Source of the DNA: Mizuhopecten yessoensis
Taxonomy: Eukaryota
Assembly: GCF_002113885.1 (NCBI RefSeq)
Contig: NW_018408916.1
Coordinates: forward strand, 62,001-126,000
Reading direction: 5' to 3'
DNA length: 64,000 bases
Under the pieces are notes generated by a model. It made no database searches and had not been told where the DNA came from. It worked only from the letters and a program-made list of their open reading frames with translations. Shown here piece after piece: positions 26,051 to 39,193 of this stretch. Position numbers and translations under genes: made by a program. The stretch's first letter is position 1, and each line of letters starts with the position of its first letter.

Positions 26051-29000
26051 ATGTCCCTAAATTCTGGTGAGTAAAACATCGTTTTGACAGATGTGTTTGC
26101 TTTTTAACATTTGAAATCTTATATGAAGCGAGTTACAGAAGGGTATAAGTATTGTCAATTTTGTAGTAAACTATGTTACATTTTACTGATATCCTGTGAC
26201 ATCTCGAATTGCAGAGTTCACCTTCAGCGAAAGCTTTGAAGTAACTGAAGATATCAAGCGGGTGTTCGACGGGAATGGATTTATACTGCTAAGGTGGGTG
26301 TTATATTTTGCAGTACTTTTGATTTAACTTAAGTCAACCTGTCCTCATCTACATTTGAATAAACATGCATGTGTATATAACCCATATATATGCACTGATC
26401 TACAATTAACAGGGAAAAATCAACGTATGCAACAGTTAACCTTGGCGCAAACAAATATAGGTACTCATATATGCATCAGGTTTTACTTAACATGAATATA
26501 AATTCTTCATGTTTGCAACGGATTTACCTTAACATAATTGTATATACGACCGCATTTGTACAAGAATTTTCACTTGACCTAATCATATCTACAAAAGGAT
26601 TTTAGTACCGATTCCTAAGGAACTTTCCGCGGGGAAAAAATCACCAATAGCAACATAGATAGTTAAAATCAAACGAGGTGGGACCAACGTTACCTATATG
26701 TTACGTTTCTACTGAAACATATATAAATCCTGATGCATGCAGTAGTTTTTAGTTAACACGCCCTCGTAATGATATACAAAGGTGATTTTCTATTTTCTTT
26801 TTAAAACAAAACAGAAAAGAAAATGTCAATAAACGTAACTTTCGTTGTACGCTATCCTCGTAGACGCTCGTACATGCTTTGCACTCGTCTTAAAGCTTTT
26901 TTCTCCTTTTCTTCAAATACGAGCTCTGTTACATTTAACTTTGATTAGACAGAAATACGTTTCTTCTGACAATGTTAAGTAAAGAGTCTTTTGTTGACAT
27001 ACATAAACAATTGACTATTCCGTCTTTGCGTATTGCAGAGTTATCTTCTCTTGGGAGCAGGTATTGATTGTTACGTCATTGGTTTGTGCGAGAAAATTAC
27101 GTCGTTTTCTCAAAAATTGATGACGTTACTCTCACAAACAAGTGACGTAACAATCAATACCTGCTCCCAAGAGAAGATAACTCTGCAATACGCAAAGACG
27201 GAATAACGGATTAAAAATGAACATAATTATATTTTCTTGTAATAATGTGTTTTTCCTCCTTAAATAGCAGGAATAATAATATATCTATTTAACAAAAGCA
27301 TCTTACGAGAATTGGTCATGAAAGCATATATATTTTGATACTGAGGAAAAAAGTGATACATTGCCTAAAAATTGCAAAACACGAAAATTCTGAAACACTA
27401 AATTTTTTGTTTGTTTACGTTTTTTGTCTTTTTCGTTCTGCATGTTTTTTCTCATTCTTCTCTTTCCTGGTACAATCATCGTGCGTTAACGTGTTCACTC
27501 CTGACACGAACACGTCCTATTCACGGTTCCTTAAATCTAATGCACTGAAACGTTTCAGTTTGCATGCTGTCATTGATTTCTTCGTGTAGTTCAACCGATT
27601 AACTTCATGTGACATTAACATGTTGATTCGTCAGACGCTCAGCATAACATACCTATGTTAACTGTTATACCTGTTATATACTTAACTATAAAAGCAGCGT
27701 CCTTTGCTGATGGCTTTAAGAATTTACCTTAAACTTAAACTCTACCTTTATGCACAGGTACGGTTTTTTGTTGGTTTTTTTTTACCTTGCGTTTACACGT
27801 CTGCTTTCAACTATTTTCAACACCAGGAGAAGGAAATCATCTTCAACATTTATGTACTTATTTTCCCCGAGGTTTCACTTGGTCTGACATGTTTGTACTT
27901 CTTTCAGCAGAGGTTTAACAAAAAACATACAGCCATGCTTCTTCGATCTGTTATATTTGTGTACTTCTTTCTCCCGAGTTTTAACAAAAAACATACAGCC
28001 ATGCTTCCTTGATATGTTAAATTTGTGTACTTCTTTCTCCCTAGGTGTCACTTGAACTTGTAGTTTTGGACTACTTTCTCCAGAGGCTTCACTGGAACAT
28101 ACAGCTGTGCCATACTCCTTCCATCTATGTCAGCAAGAACATGTGTTCCTTAGATACTACCGTTATTAATTTTACTAGAAATATACATATACTACTCTTT
28201 TTCATATTATTGTATTAGTCAACTTCACCAATAACATGCGAGCCACCTGAAGATACCTTTAACTGCGATATGCCAGTAACATTTTGACAGATGCTCATCA
28301 ACTAGATATGCTATCGTTGAGTTACGAATGTGTTTTTGCGGCCTATTGTCGATTTCAAAATATGTCTTGTCGAAGGATATGCCCTCTTCCGGTACAAGAT
28401 TTATCTTTATGATTGAGTACAATTTTATTTGAAAATTGATATTGTAAAAATGTCCAAAACATACTATATGTATACTATTTACATGATATTTCTAATTTTT
28501 CAGGGGCGTCCTGGACAAAGAGGAACTGTCAAAGGTTGAACACACATTAACTGGATCAGATGCTATTACTAAAAACATTTACCTGGTATGTTGTGCTAGA
28601 ACGCGTAAATAGAAGATGAGAATGCACATCGAAACACATTAAAATGAAGCAATTTAGCCTCTTTATTTCATTACCTGCAACAATTATAATTGCCGGATTT
28701 GACTTTTTTTATCGTGTTAAAAGCTTGTGTTAATTTTGACACAACATGTCTGTAAAATATCTTACTTTTTGTGATGAAGGATACCCATGATGGTGACAGG
28801 AGGACCGACAAGATCATGTGGTCATTTCCCGGAAATGACGTCACAGGAATGGTGGCACGAAGTGAAAAGATTGGTGGAACAATGGAAAAGGTGATACTTA
28901 CTGGCCCATCTCCACGATAGTCTTTGTTTTTATATCCCAAAGAATAATACGTGATTTAAAAGTAAACAATATTGTGTCCAAGTAATTGGAATCGTTTACA

Positions 29001-32000
29001 CCGTTACTAGAATCAAATTTAGATGTGAGTGTTGTCCTTCATGAAGATGGCTTTCAATATATATTATCAGTTACTTGGAGGAGAGGTATACCACTATCAC
29101 ACCAAACTGATGATGAAGGACGCCGGAACTGGAGCCAGATCCGTGTGGCATCAAGACTATGGGTTAGATATACAGTTTTAACCCTCGATATAATGACCCT
29201 CGTTTCATTTGCCATCTCGTTTACCTCCAACATATTTCAATGCCACTTTTTTTTCTCGTTTTCTTACGAATTTCTTTATATATTTTCCTCGATTTATTGC
29301 CAAACACCTTTATAAAGTCAAAGTATTCTCTGAAAAAATAATGACATTATAACGAGGTTTTACTGTTCAGATATCTTAGACCTGTTCTGTTTTTTTAATA
29401 ATATCTATTCGATAGTAATGATTTTTAGTCGTGCGGCAAGATTTTAAATGTGAATATTCGAAATCTCAATTTCTTTCTAGTACTCGCATCAAAGCAATAT
29501 ACGGGGAACCCTTCTAAACCGACCTCTGAATAATCTGAATTCGTATCGTACAGCAACAATCCTTTCTATCCCCGCTTTTCAAAGAAAATCGGGGGATATA
29601 AATTTGGGCCCGTCCGTCCGTCTGTCACGTTTTAGTTCAAGTGCAATAACTACGCTAATACATTCTGATTGCTGCTGATATGATTGTTTATAGTGATAGG
29701 GAATATGGGCGAAGGAAGCAACCCCTATGATCAAATGGAGATCACTCTTGTAGCAGATCCATATTTCGTATGGAAAATATCCTGTAATGGATTTCTAGAT
29801 ATCAAATAGATGAGGACAAATAACCGCAACTTGTCTTATTCCCAGACTAGCGAAGCTTAAGATATCAATCAGTCAAATATATATATGGTATCCAACGAGA
29901 TTGTTGTATTAGGCTCCTAATCTACAAACTGGAAAAATGTGGGATCAAAGGTCAAATCTTAAACTGGATTAGAGCATTCTTAACAGGCCTATCCCAACAA
30001 GTCATAATTAATGGAACTCCATCAAATAGTCTGCCAGTACTAAGCGGGGTCCCACAAGGGAGTGTACTCGGGCCAATTCTGTTCTTGATATATATCAATG
30101 GCATGCCAGATGTATTAGAGTGTACTACAAAACTATTCGCAGATGACGCCAAAATATCAGCCAACAATTCAACCCCTGAAAATCGAGCTAGACTGCAACA
30201 GTGTATCGACAGAATGTGCCAATGGACAGAGAATTGAATGATGAAGCTGAATGTGGACAAATGCAAGCATATAAAAATTGGACAAAAAAAAAATACAAGT
30301 CGTCCAACTACACGCTGACGCAATATGGAGACACCATCGAAATCACTAAGGTAAATAGTGAAAAAGATCTGCGAGTTCACATCGACGAAAAACTATTTTT
30401 TTCCATACATGTCCAAAAAGCTCTTATACGACCCCATCTCGAATACGCCTCAACGATATGGTCACCGCTGTATACCAAGGACAAAATTACAATCGAAAAA
30501 GTTCAGCGAAGAGCAACGGAAAGAGTACCAACATTAACTGACAAATCATACGCTGAACGTTTAAGAATACTCGGTCTACAAACCCTGGAATACAGGAGGG
30601 AGAAAGCAGACATGGTCAAAGTGTATAGAATCCTTAATAACATCGACAAACTTGATAAGGATAAACTATTCCAACACTGCGAATACAGATCTACAAGGTG
30701 GCACTCCAAGAAGCTGTTTAATTAAAAGGCCCTACAAAAAGCAGATGACAGGAAACTTCTTCAGTAATCGCACTATTAAACCGTGGAACTCATTGCCTGA
30801 GGAAGTGGTCTCATCACCGAGCCTAAACTGCTTCAAGGAAAGACTAAACACGTGCTGGAGAAATCACCCGAGGAAATTTAACCCTTCATTTTGGTATTAA
30901 GACTGGATCTACCATTCCAATACCATACTTAACATCAAGTTTCTCAACTAAAAACATATAAGGATTGAGTTTTTATGCAAACTTTACAACGGAGTTGTAA
31001 ACTTTTTATCTACACGTATGGGAACAACCGAGTGGAACTGTTTTTAAAAAATTGAAATCATATTATTACAATAGACATTGCTACACTACTATGATTAATG
31101 AAATAATAAGTGCACAACCGGAAAAGTAAGTCGCGAGTGAACGAAATAACAATGATGCATCATCACAAGTTTGAACTAGCTTTCATCGATGCCACATCAG
31201 CAATTCAGCAATTCAATAATAGAAATTCTGCAATGAAAGGTGTCGACAGTGACTTATCACTTGTGGGTTATTTCTTATACATATCATGTCTTTATACTTG
31301 ACAATACTACCCCACATCATGTATCTCAACCTTCTTTTTCAATAGACACCCAATGACACAAAACCAAAGCATGCCCTATTTCTAAGAGCCCTTTTTTCTG
31401 TTTTGCCTGCTCTTAATTCTCCATACTAGCATACCATGTTCCAAGTAACTCTCAACAACAACACTTCATCTAAAACATGTCCCTACAGCGGAGGGTTATG
31501 GAATCCAGGAATTTACTTGTTCTTATATAAACTACCAAAATGAAACACGTGTATTCTGACATATTTTCTTCGATCACTTATATCGTTTTCTAAATTGTTT
31601 TAATAAGTCATGAAAAGGAGTGGTTTATATATCACTTAAAACGTAGTAATTGTAGTAGTGCTCGTAGATCTTTAGAGATATTGCGCGTTGCGCTAATTAT
31701 TGCAATGCTAGGTCAAGATTCCTGCAGCATGACAATCCTCACTGATGTTCGGAAATAATTGCTAAAATATAAATAAATGTGATGTTATCTACGTTTAAAT
31801 AACAGAATAATTAAAACCTGTTGGAAACTTTAGCGATTTTATTATGTTTAATCTGTTGCTAATCTATAATAGGTATTGGTATCTCTATGGTAACCTTTTC
31901 CCTGACATGGGCACTGTCTTCGTTGCCTTGGACCCCTGCAGGAGAGACAACAGTTGTCTACAGGTAAGCGATTTACATCACAGGAACATTTTACTGTGTT

Positions 32001-35000
32001 TCGGTAAAGGTCTTTAGCACTGAAGTATGTCAGTTAAACGTGCAATTATCACTGTTTTACAATCATTTTTGAACAGATTTAGATAATAGTTGAAATCAGT
32101 TACTCGCACTATAGGCAGCGATACCCCACGTGATATCCCGTGCTATATTTTTCTATCTCGCCCGATCCGTCTCGCATCTTTCCGTGACTTTTTGCAGAAC
32201 TTTCACACAGCGATGTAATCATCTGTGGTAACGGCTTGAAATTGACAATCCGCATTATGAATATTCTGTTTTGTCGTTATATGTATTGTTTTTATGTTGT
32301 TAGATCCTTGATATTGAAGAAAAAAGACTATTATATAAACTGTGAAATACGTTGCCTTTTTGGAAGAACGGACTACAATTTACGCTGGAACAATCCAATT
32401 TAGTAAATTTAGTTGTGAATAGGCCATGTCTATATTAGGCCCCATACGGGGTACTTGTAGACTTAGCAAAATCGAATAGCTTTTCAAACACATCGGTGAA
32501 TCAGTGTATTAAGTACGAATTGCGGTAGCGGTAACAAGTTACTTCGCATACATATACACACTTTTAATACAATGGTTGCAAGCTTGTGAATAAATATGTT
32601 TATACTTAGATGAAATAAGTATCTAACACGTCAGTTAATCATCGTTATAAGTACGAAAGGCACTACCAAGTTACTTCCTACAATCATATGCTTATGCATT
32701 GTTTATACAATGTTTCCAGGTCCTTAGGGGCTCACACAAATGCGGACGACTGGACCACCACAGGGTGATAGGTCAGATGGGATGTGACGAGGAGAGAGTG
32801 CGCCAGATACAGGAACACTGTCCCCTAGAATACATAGAAATGGAAGCAGGTTAGTTACTATATTCACGAATACTTCAACGTATGATATACAGTTTATATA
32901 CAATATCATTTGATACACTTTTTATTTCACTCGCAGTTAATTTTCACACCGATATACAGGAAAGACATCAATGTCTGCGGTGTTGAATTGTATCAGATTG
33001 CCATAGTTGTACCGTTACTTCATCATATAATGATATATATGTTTGCATTAATTGCTAGAACATTAAGTACTTTCTCAGTATATAGTCAGTAGGGAAAATT
33101 ATTATTGAATTAAAAATGTTAAAAAAATATTTGGAAAAAAAAGCAACCAACAAAACACGTGCGAAAATGCAAATGAGAGACAACCAAACAGTTCGGTTAA
33201 AGAGTATCTGAACAACTTTGCATCGTCATTATTGAGGTAAAGACTTACTTTTAAAAAAAATGGAAGTGTATCAAGACCAACAATGACCGGAAAACGAAGT
33301 TATGATTTTGTAATTTTATATCAACATGAGTTCTACCGGAAAATTTCATGTGGTCACGGAACAAAACTCGGTGGAGTTTCGCAACTAAATGCAATGAATA
33401 AAGTATAATTTGATAGTGTTTGTTGAATACCTCCTGCGATATATTACTTATGTCATTATGTTAGTGCTTGACAACAGTGCAAATATTGACGTTCGTCTGT
33501 TACAAACACGAAATACACTTCCATCAGACAATATATACCCTGTATTCCTGCTAAGATTTGAAAAACGTACCAGAGAAAAAACAACCTGAAATATTCCCCA
33601 TGATCTCATTAAAATGTATGTGCTAGTTAATATGCATTATTTCCTCATTTGTATGCAACTTTATTCCCCAGGTGACGCCCTCTTCTTTCATTGTAATCTG
33701 ATCCACGCAAGCAGTGATAACACAAGTAACAGGAGGAGGTGGGCCTTCCTGACAGCCTACAACAGAGCCAGTAACAATCCCGTTATAGAACACCAGCATC
33801 CCCAGTATACACCGCTAGACAAGGTAAACAACAGCCCCGGAACACACCACTACACCAGGTAAAAAACAGCCCCGGTACACACCGCTACACCAGGTAAACA
33901 TCAGTCCACCGGTACACACCACTACACAAGGTAAACATCAGCCCCGGTACACACCGCTAAACAAGGTAAACGACAGCATCGGTACAAACCGCTAAACAAA
34001 GTAAACAACAGCCCCGGTACACACCGCTAAACAAGGTAAACATCATCCCCGGTACACACCGCTAGACAAGGTAAACATCAGCCCCGGTACACACCGCTAA
34101 ACAAGGTTAACATCAGCCCCGGTACACACTGCTAGACAAGGTAAACATCAGCCCCGGTACACACCACTAGACAAGGTAAACATCAGCCCCGGTAGACACC
34201 GCTAGACAAGGTAAACATCAGCCCCGGTACACACCGCTAGACAAGGTAAACATCAGCCCCGGTACACACCGCTACATAAGGTAAACATAACCCCTGGTAC
34301 ACACCGCTACACTAGGTAAACATCAGCCCCCGTACACACCGCTTCACAGGATTAACATACCCCGGTACACACCGCTACACAAGGAAACACCAGGTAAACA
34401 TTAACCCCAGTCACACCGCTCCACCAGATAACACCATCCCCGGTACACACCGCTACACAACACAAGTTAAATAACACCCCCAGTACACACCGTTACACAA
34501 GGTAAACAACACATGTGGGACACACACTACGCAGGACAAGCACAATATTACATAATCTTTTTAATAACAGCGTTACAGGGATAGGAAGAAGACACGACCA
34601 GCAAACATTCTGTTTCAGAGTATGTAACTGCTCTAAGTAATGGAAAGATGAAATAGTCAGTTGGACGTTTATCTCTTAATTCGTGATAAAAAAAAGACAC
34701 AAGACGTCCTAGAAAGATATTATTTGGCGCCCACCATCAAACGATCTTTATGAGATCTACAAAAGACGATCTTTTACTATGCTCTTAATTTTCCATGCAA
34801 GTAATATTACCCAGACCCATGTTGGAAATCCTAAAGCGTGATCTTGTACATTTTATTTGCCACTAATCCACATTTTATTGTATAAGAATTGCATAACAAT
34901 ATGTAGATTAGTGAAGATTTGTAAGTTTTACATAAGTAGAAGTGCGTTTAATTGCATTGAGAAATACAAGAATTGATTGTTTAAGGACGGCCGGACTGAC

Positions 35001-35255
35001 AGAATGACGGACGGACGACGGGTGATTTGAATAGCACACCATCTGATGATGGTGGGCTTAAGTCCCAAGTCAAGGGTCCCACATCATGTGAATGATAAAA
35101 AAATGTAAACATAGCAGACATATTTCTACAGCGTTCATACTATTATTTATTTACAGGTTCCAAACTCTGCAATAAAGTCATGCACGAATTACACGGATAT
35201 GGATGGGAAGCGTTTCCTTGGACCGGAATACAAAGTTATTCTACCGTCAAATTAA
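26051..35255 (+). CDS. PhyH-family Fe(II)/2OG dioxygenase (L-proline trans-4-hydroxylase/ectoine hydroxylase-like), paralogue B, 283 aa
   Basis: Nine exons: 26051-26066, 26215-26293, 28504-28585, 28780-28890, 29071-29162, 31873-31963, 32720-32849, 33672-33823, 35157-35255. Exons 1-8 match gene A in length (16, 79, 82, 111, 92, 91, 130, 152). Motifs WHQDYG, LRGSHK and HCNLIHASSDN..RRRWA are intact. Confidence 0.92.
27016..27205. mobile_element. Palindromic MITE, TA-bounded (Tc1/mariner-like)
   Basis: TATTCCGTCTTTGCGTATTGCAGAGTTATCTTCTCTTGGGAGCAGGTATTGATTGTTACGTCA is perfectly inverted at the right end (..GACGGAATA). Confidence 0.8.
29895..30900 (+). mobile_element. 5'-truncated, frameshifted CR1/L2-clade LINE reverse transcriptase fragment in intron 5 of gene B
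   Basis: Translates as LNWIRAFLT..SGVPQGSVLGPILFLIYIN..LFADDAKI, RPHLEYASTIWSP..IEKVQRRAT..SYAERLRILGLQTLEYRR and FFSNRTIKPWNSLPEEVV, spread over different frames. Confidence 0.9.
33795..34520 (+). repeat. About 20 copies of the same 35-bp exon/donor-junction minisatellite in gene B
   Basis: Unit GTAAACATCAGCCCCGGTACACACCGCTAGACAAG (34141, 34176, 34211). The array starts at the exon-8 donor (33824). Confidence 0.95.
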
Positions 35256-35890
35256 CAAACAAAAAAAGTTCGAACATAGTGCAATGCATATATGTATGAG
35301 GAAGTATGAGACAGAATGTATTACACGGAACCGGTTCATGACGCAAAGTACTTTCAGCATAGAAATCACTATTTCATCGTTAGCATGTATGTATGATTAA
35401 ACGAAGCTTATTATTTCATCCTTTCTGTTAATTGATTATTTTTGTACATAATAATGCTTGTTTAGTCTTAACTTTTCTTGAGGAAGGGGTGTATAATTGC
35501 GAATTATGATCCAGATTTGTTTTAAAAACACTTTTCTTTACATAATGCTAATGTATGTTTATATAAGAATACACCTGAACACGAATGAAAAAAAATACAC
35601 ATATTGATCAACATGAATTTTTTTTTAAATTATTTTACATCTTTTACCCACTAAACGTTTTCAGTAGGTCCGATGACAAAGCGAGTCGCATTCAAGTTGT
35701 GTGAATATAAGCACTAAGGACCCTAACAGCGGATGATTGATGAGGTTACAAGTCAAGTATTGAAGAGTGAATGTGGAGGTTTAAAGTATCTCAATTTTTC
35801 ATGAACACTTATTTTTGTAATGTGCTTCAAACAACATTTCATGAGAATGAACGTTTTTCAAAATGTACAAGAATCAATTTTCATTTGCTA

Positions 35891-35923
35891 TTGTTGTTGT
35901 TGTTGTTGTTGTTGCTTGTTGTT
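35891..35923. repeat. (TTG)n microsatellite
   Basis: ttgttgttgttgttgttgttgttgcttgttgtt. Confidence 0.85.
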
Positions 35924-35983
35924 GGGCGGGTCCAATAGGAGAAATTTAAGTAATTCTGGATCTGTTACAAGAGTGGTCTCCCT

Positions 35984-36888
35984 TTATTTCATGTGTTTTC
36001 CAGGATTTGGATATGGCACAAAGGGGTTTCGGGGAGGGGGGAGTAAGGACGGAGCTATAGTGGGAGGTTGGGAAGAGCTTATTTTGGAATAAGGGGATGA
36101 TGTTTTCCTATTGTTCACACAATACATAGAATGTAACAAGGGGAGATAATCCTCTGGTATACTAGACAATGGATATGATCCAAATCTACCTATTTCAATA
36201 TACAGAAAACAGAATAATGTCAAGACAAATAATCTGACTAGGATACATCTATAACAATTATACATTTGTTAAAACAATAGATAAAATACTGCTTACCCCA
36301 ACTATGGGTAGAGGGTCAAGCGCTGATCCTTTTTATATTGAATCAGTCCAATCTACACGCATGAAAATATGCGGTCTGATCCTTTACTGTAATATCAAAT
36401 GAAAATACTATGTCAGATAACTATATTTACAACTATGGACATTGTCTTCACAAAAACTGAGAGTTTAGGTTTCATCCATATTTTAGCCATATTTCAGAAC
36501 AATACATTTTAACCATGAAAACTATCTAATCTAAACAAAAAGTATAATTATAAAGTATTCTTAAAAAGATGTATTACAAAGAAATCACTCATCCTAATTC
36601 TGAGTTACTCCGGGTATTTCAATTATACCATTTACAAAAAAATCCTAGATTAGTAATAAATTAAACCTATACATTTTAGAACTAATATATCAATATCAGA
36701 GAGTTTATGAAATATATAAAAATATGAAACTTACCATTCTCAATGATATTCTTTTCCAATAATACCCCGACCAAGATTAACACAACTAGTCTTCTCAAAA
36801 GGTCTCTTTCTTCTAGTTGGGTGGAAAGGAACTTTCCCTCCAAAAAGTATCGACCAATAAAACGTCGGGTCGTCCAGTCAAAGGTCAT
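35984..36888 (-). CDS. Putative two-exon orphan protein (119 aa) with Pro/Ser-rich C-terminus; may be the 3' end of a longer gene
   Basis: Exons 36888-36735 (donor G/GTAAG) and 36189-35984 (acceptor AATAG/) are phase-compatible: MTFDWTTRRFIGRYFLEGKFLSTQLEERDLLRRLVVLILVGVLLEKNIIENG/RFGSYPLSSIPEDYLPLLHSMY..PPPRNPFVPYPNPGKHMK*. I recognise no family. Confidence 0.4.
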
Positions 36889-37127
36889 GTCAGTGTTGCA
36901 AACAACCCAAAGACAACTCAGTCACATGACTTTGCACGCACACACAGAACCATGTAGGTAATTACTATACTATACTATACTATACTATAGTGGAGCTACA
37001 GGTGAAGTATACCTGTGGCCACTAAATACATTATAAATCAGTGGTCCATAGTGACTGCTGCTATACAATGAATAGAAATGAAATAGAAATAAAACAATAC
37101 AAATCATAATACTTAAAGCTTACTTAA

Positions 37128-37975
37128 GGTATTTCATACATGCCTTTGTCAGTGTAAACAGTATGTGATGGGCTCATAACTTTTCCTCAAAATGAACAAC
37201 ATATGGAAGTTGGTTGGTATACCCATGTCAAGAACAATGTCAATAATGACCTTTGCAGAAATTAATTGTCGAATATTTTCTTGATTTTGTCTGAAAAGTA
37301 ATTTTTCAATGCAGAAGAATTTTAGTGGCGCAAAATTGCATTGAATATTATAATTCATGAAAACACTTACCTGTACATGCATTTCTGAAGTATCCGTGTA
37401 TTGACCATTATCGAGAAAAATGTAAGAAAATACAAGAATGATGGCATGTATTTTCATTGGATATTTTACAATAATCCATGAAGCTAACAAGGCTATTGAT
37501 ACAAGTCAAGCCAGATTACATGAGTGAGAACCTGAAGGTGTTTTGAAAGGTGTACAGGTAAAATCGCACTTGCTTTGCATGCTTTTTCCCAACTTCAGGA
37601 AGCCTTGTTGGCTTTATGTTCAGTTGTGATTTATTCAGTGAAAATATATGCTGTTTTTCTGGAGATTCGACACATTTTTTTAAAAAAATTCTCGATAATA
37701 GTCAATAAATGGAAACTTCAGGAATGCATGTTCAGGTAAGTTTTTTCATTAATTCCATTATTCATTGCAATTTTGCGCCACTAGAATTCTGCATTCAAAT
37801 GTTACTTTTCAGACAAAGTCAACAATATTTTCAACAAATAATTTCTGCAAAGGTCATTATTGACATTTTTCCTGACATGGGTATACCAACCAACTTCCAC
37901 ATTTTTATCATTTTGAGGAAAAGTTATGAGCCAATCTTATACTATATACACTGACATGAACCTGTATGAAATACC
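37128..37975. mobile_element. Non-autonomous DNA transposon with long TIRs and TTAA TSD (Kolobok-like)
   Basis: TTAA|GGTATTTCATACA ... TGTATGAAATACC|TTAA, with about 300-bp imperfect inverted arms. This explains the two mirror-image ORFs at 37149-37490 and 37709-37954. Confidence 0.8.
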
Positions 37976-39063
37976 TTAAGCTAGGTGATATTTAGTTCAC
38001 CTGGGTAAATGTACATACATCATACTTCCAAAGTAGGTGTGTTTACAGTTACTATCTGAAATTACATGTAAAGAGGATCTGCAGAATATAGTTCATTGGT
38101 AGAACTGAATAGAACACAACTTTAAGATAACAAAGGAGGTTATCTTCATTTTAACCATTTACCTTAAACATCTAATATCAATTGACTTTTGACTTTTAAT
38201 CAAAGTGAGGAATCGCAGTGTTTCTGTATCTTGAAAAATCGGCATGTTCTCTTTTCAATTCTACCGATGGGTTAGGAATACACCATCAACTAAGGGAAGT
38301 AACTGCAGTCAGTCAGACAATCGAGATAGCAATCAAGTATGGTAAAAATCAGATGTGAAGTACTAATATGCAAGATTTATTAACCAACATACCATTTCTT
38401 TTTTGCCATGAGATTTATTTGCAAAAACAAACAATGAGTGTTGAAATATGCATGTACAGTACTAGTGAAACCTGCCTTATTGGACAACTTGTGTAATCCA
38501 ACATATAAGTTGAATTACGCAGTGTGTCATTATACACAGGTTTTATTTGGTATTTGTGAATGGTGGACCAGATTCAAATCCAGAGTATAAGAAGCATGGC
38601 CCAAGATGTATTCATGGCCAAGTTTGTAGGACAATTCAAATTTTCAGTTATGATATTTACTTATTTCAAACTTTAACATAGTTCAAATTGAAATTGAAAT
38701 TTTGAAACTATTACATTTACGTAATTGTTAAACTTTAAAATGTTGATAATGAAAAGTCTTAGGTGAAATCCAGCAATATGAATCAGGCATTGAGATATTG
38801 CAAAATATAGATGGGGATGCTGGACCAAGAAACCAAGGTAATTTCAGCATCCGAAGCAAGCAACCAGATAGAATAACCACGAATTGTTTATGAGCTTGGT
38901 TGGTCATGCACTCTTACTTTTGTAGAAACAGGGCTAAGCACAACAATTTCTAATCAATTCAAATATTTTATAGGTCAAACTAACAAAGCTGATGGACTGT
39001 ACAAACTATAGGATTAATGTTTGAATTCATGTACTGCCCAGTTGAATAAATCTTCAGTGCAAG

Positions 39064-39193
39064 CACAGGGTCACGTTACAATCACACATATGCTATACTG
39101 ATATGTGTCACAACACACATAAACATACACGTGTTTATGTGTGTTGTGACCCATATCAGTATAGCATATGTGTGATTGTAACGTGACCCTGTG
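39064..39193. mobile_element. 130-bp fully palindromic MITE with 7-bp TSD (P-element-like)
   Basis: GTGCAAG|CACAGGGTCACGTTACAATCACAC ... GTGTGATTGTAACGTGACCCTGTG|GTGCAAG. Confidence 0.8.

Noticed and set aside
37149-37954. Two similar ORFs on opposite strands (113 and 81 aa) suggesting a duplicated gene
   Set aside because: They are the two inverted arms of the TTAA-flanked transposon.
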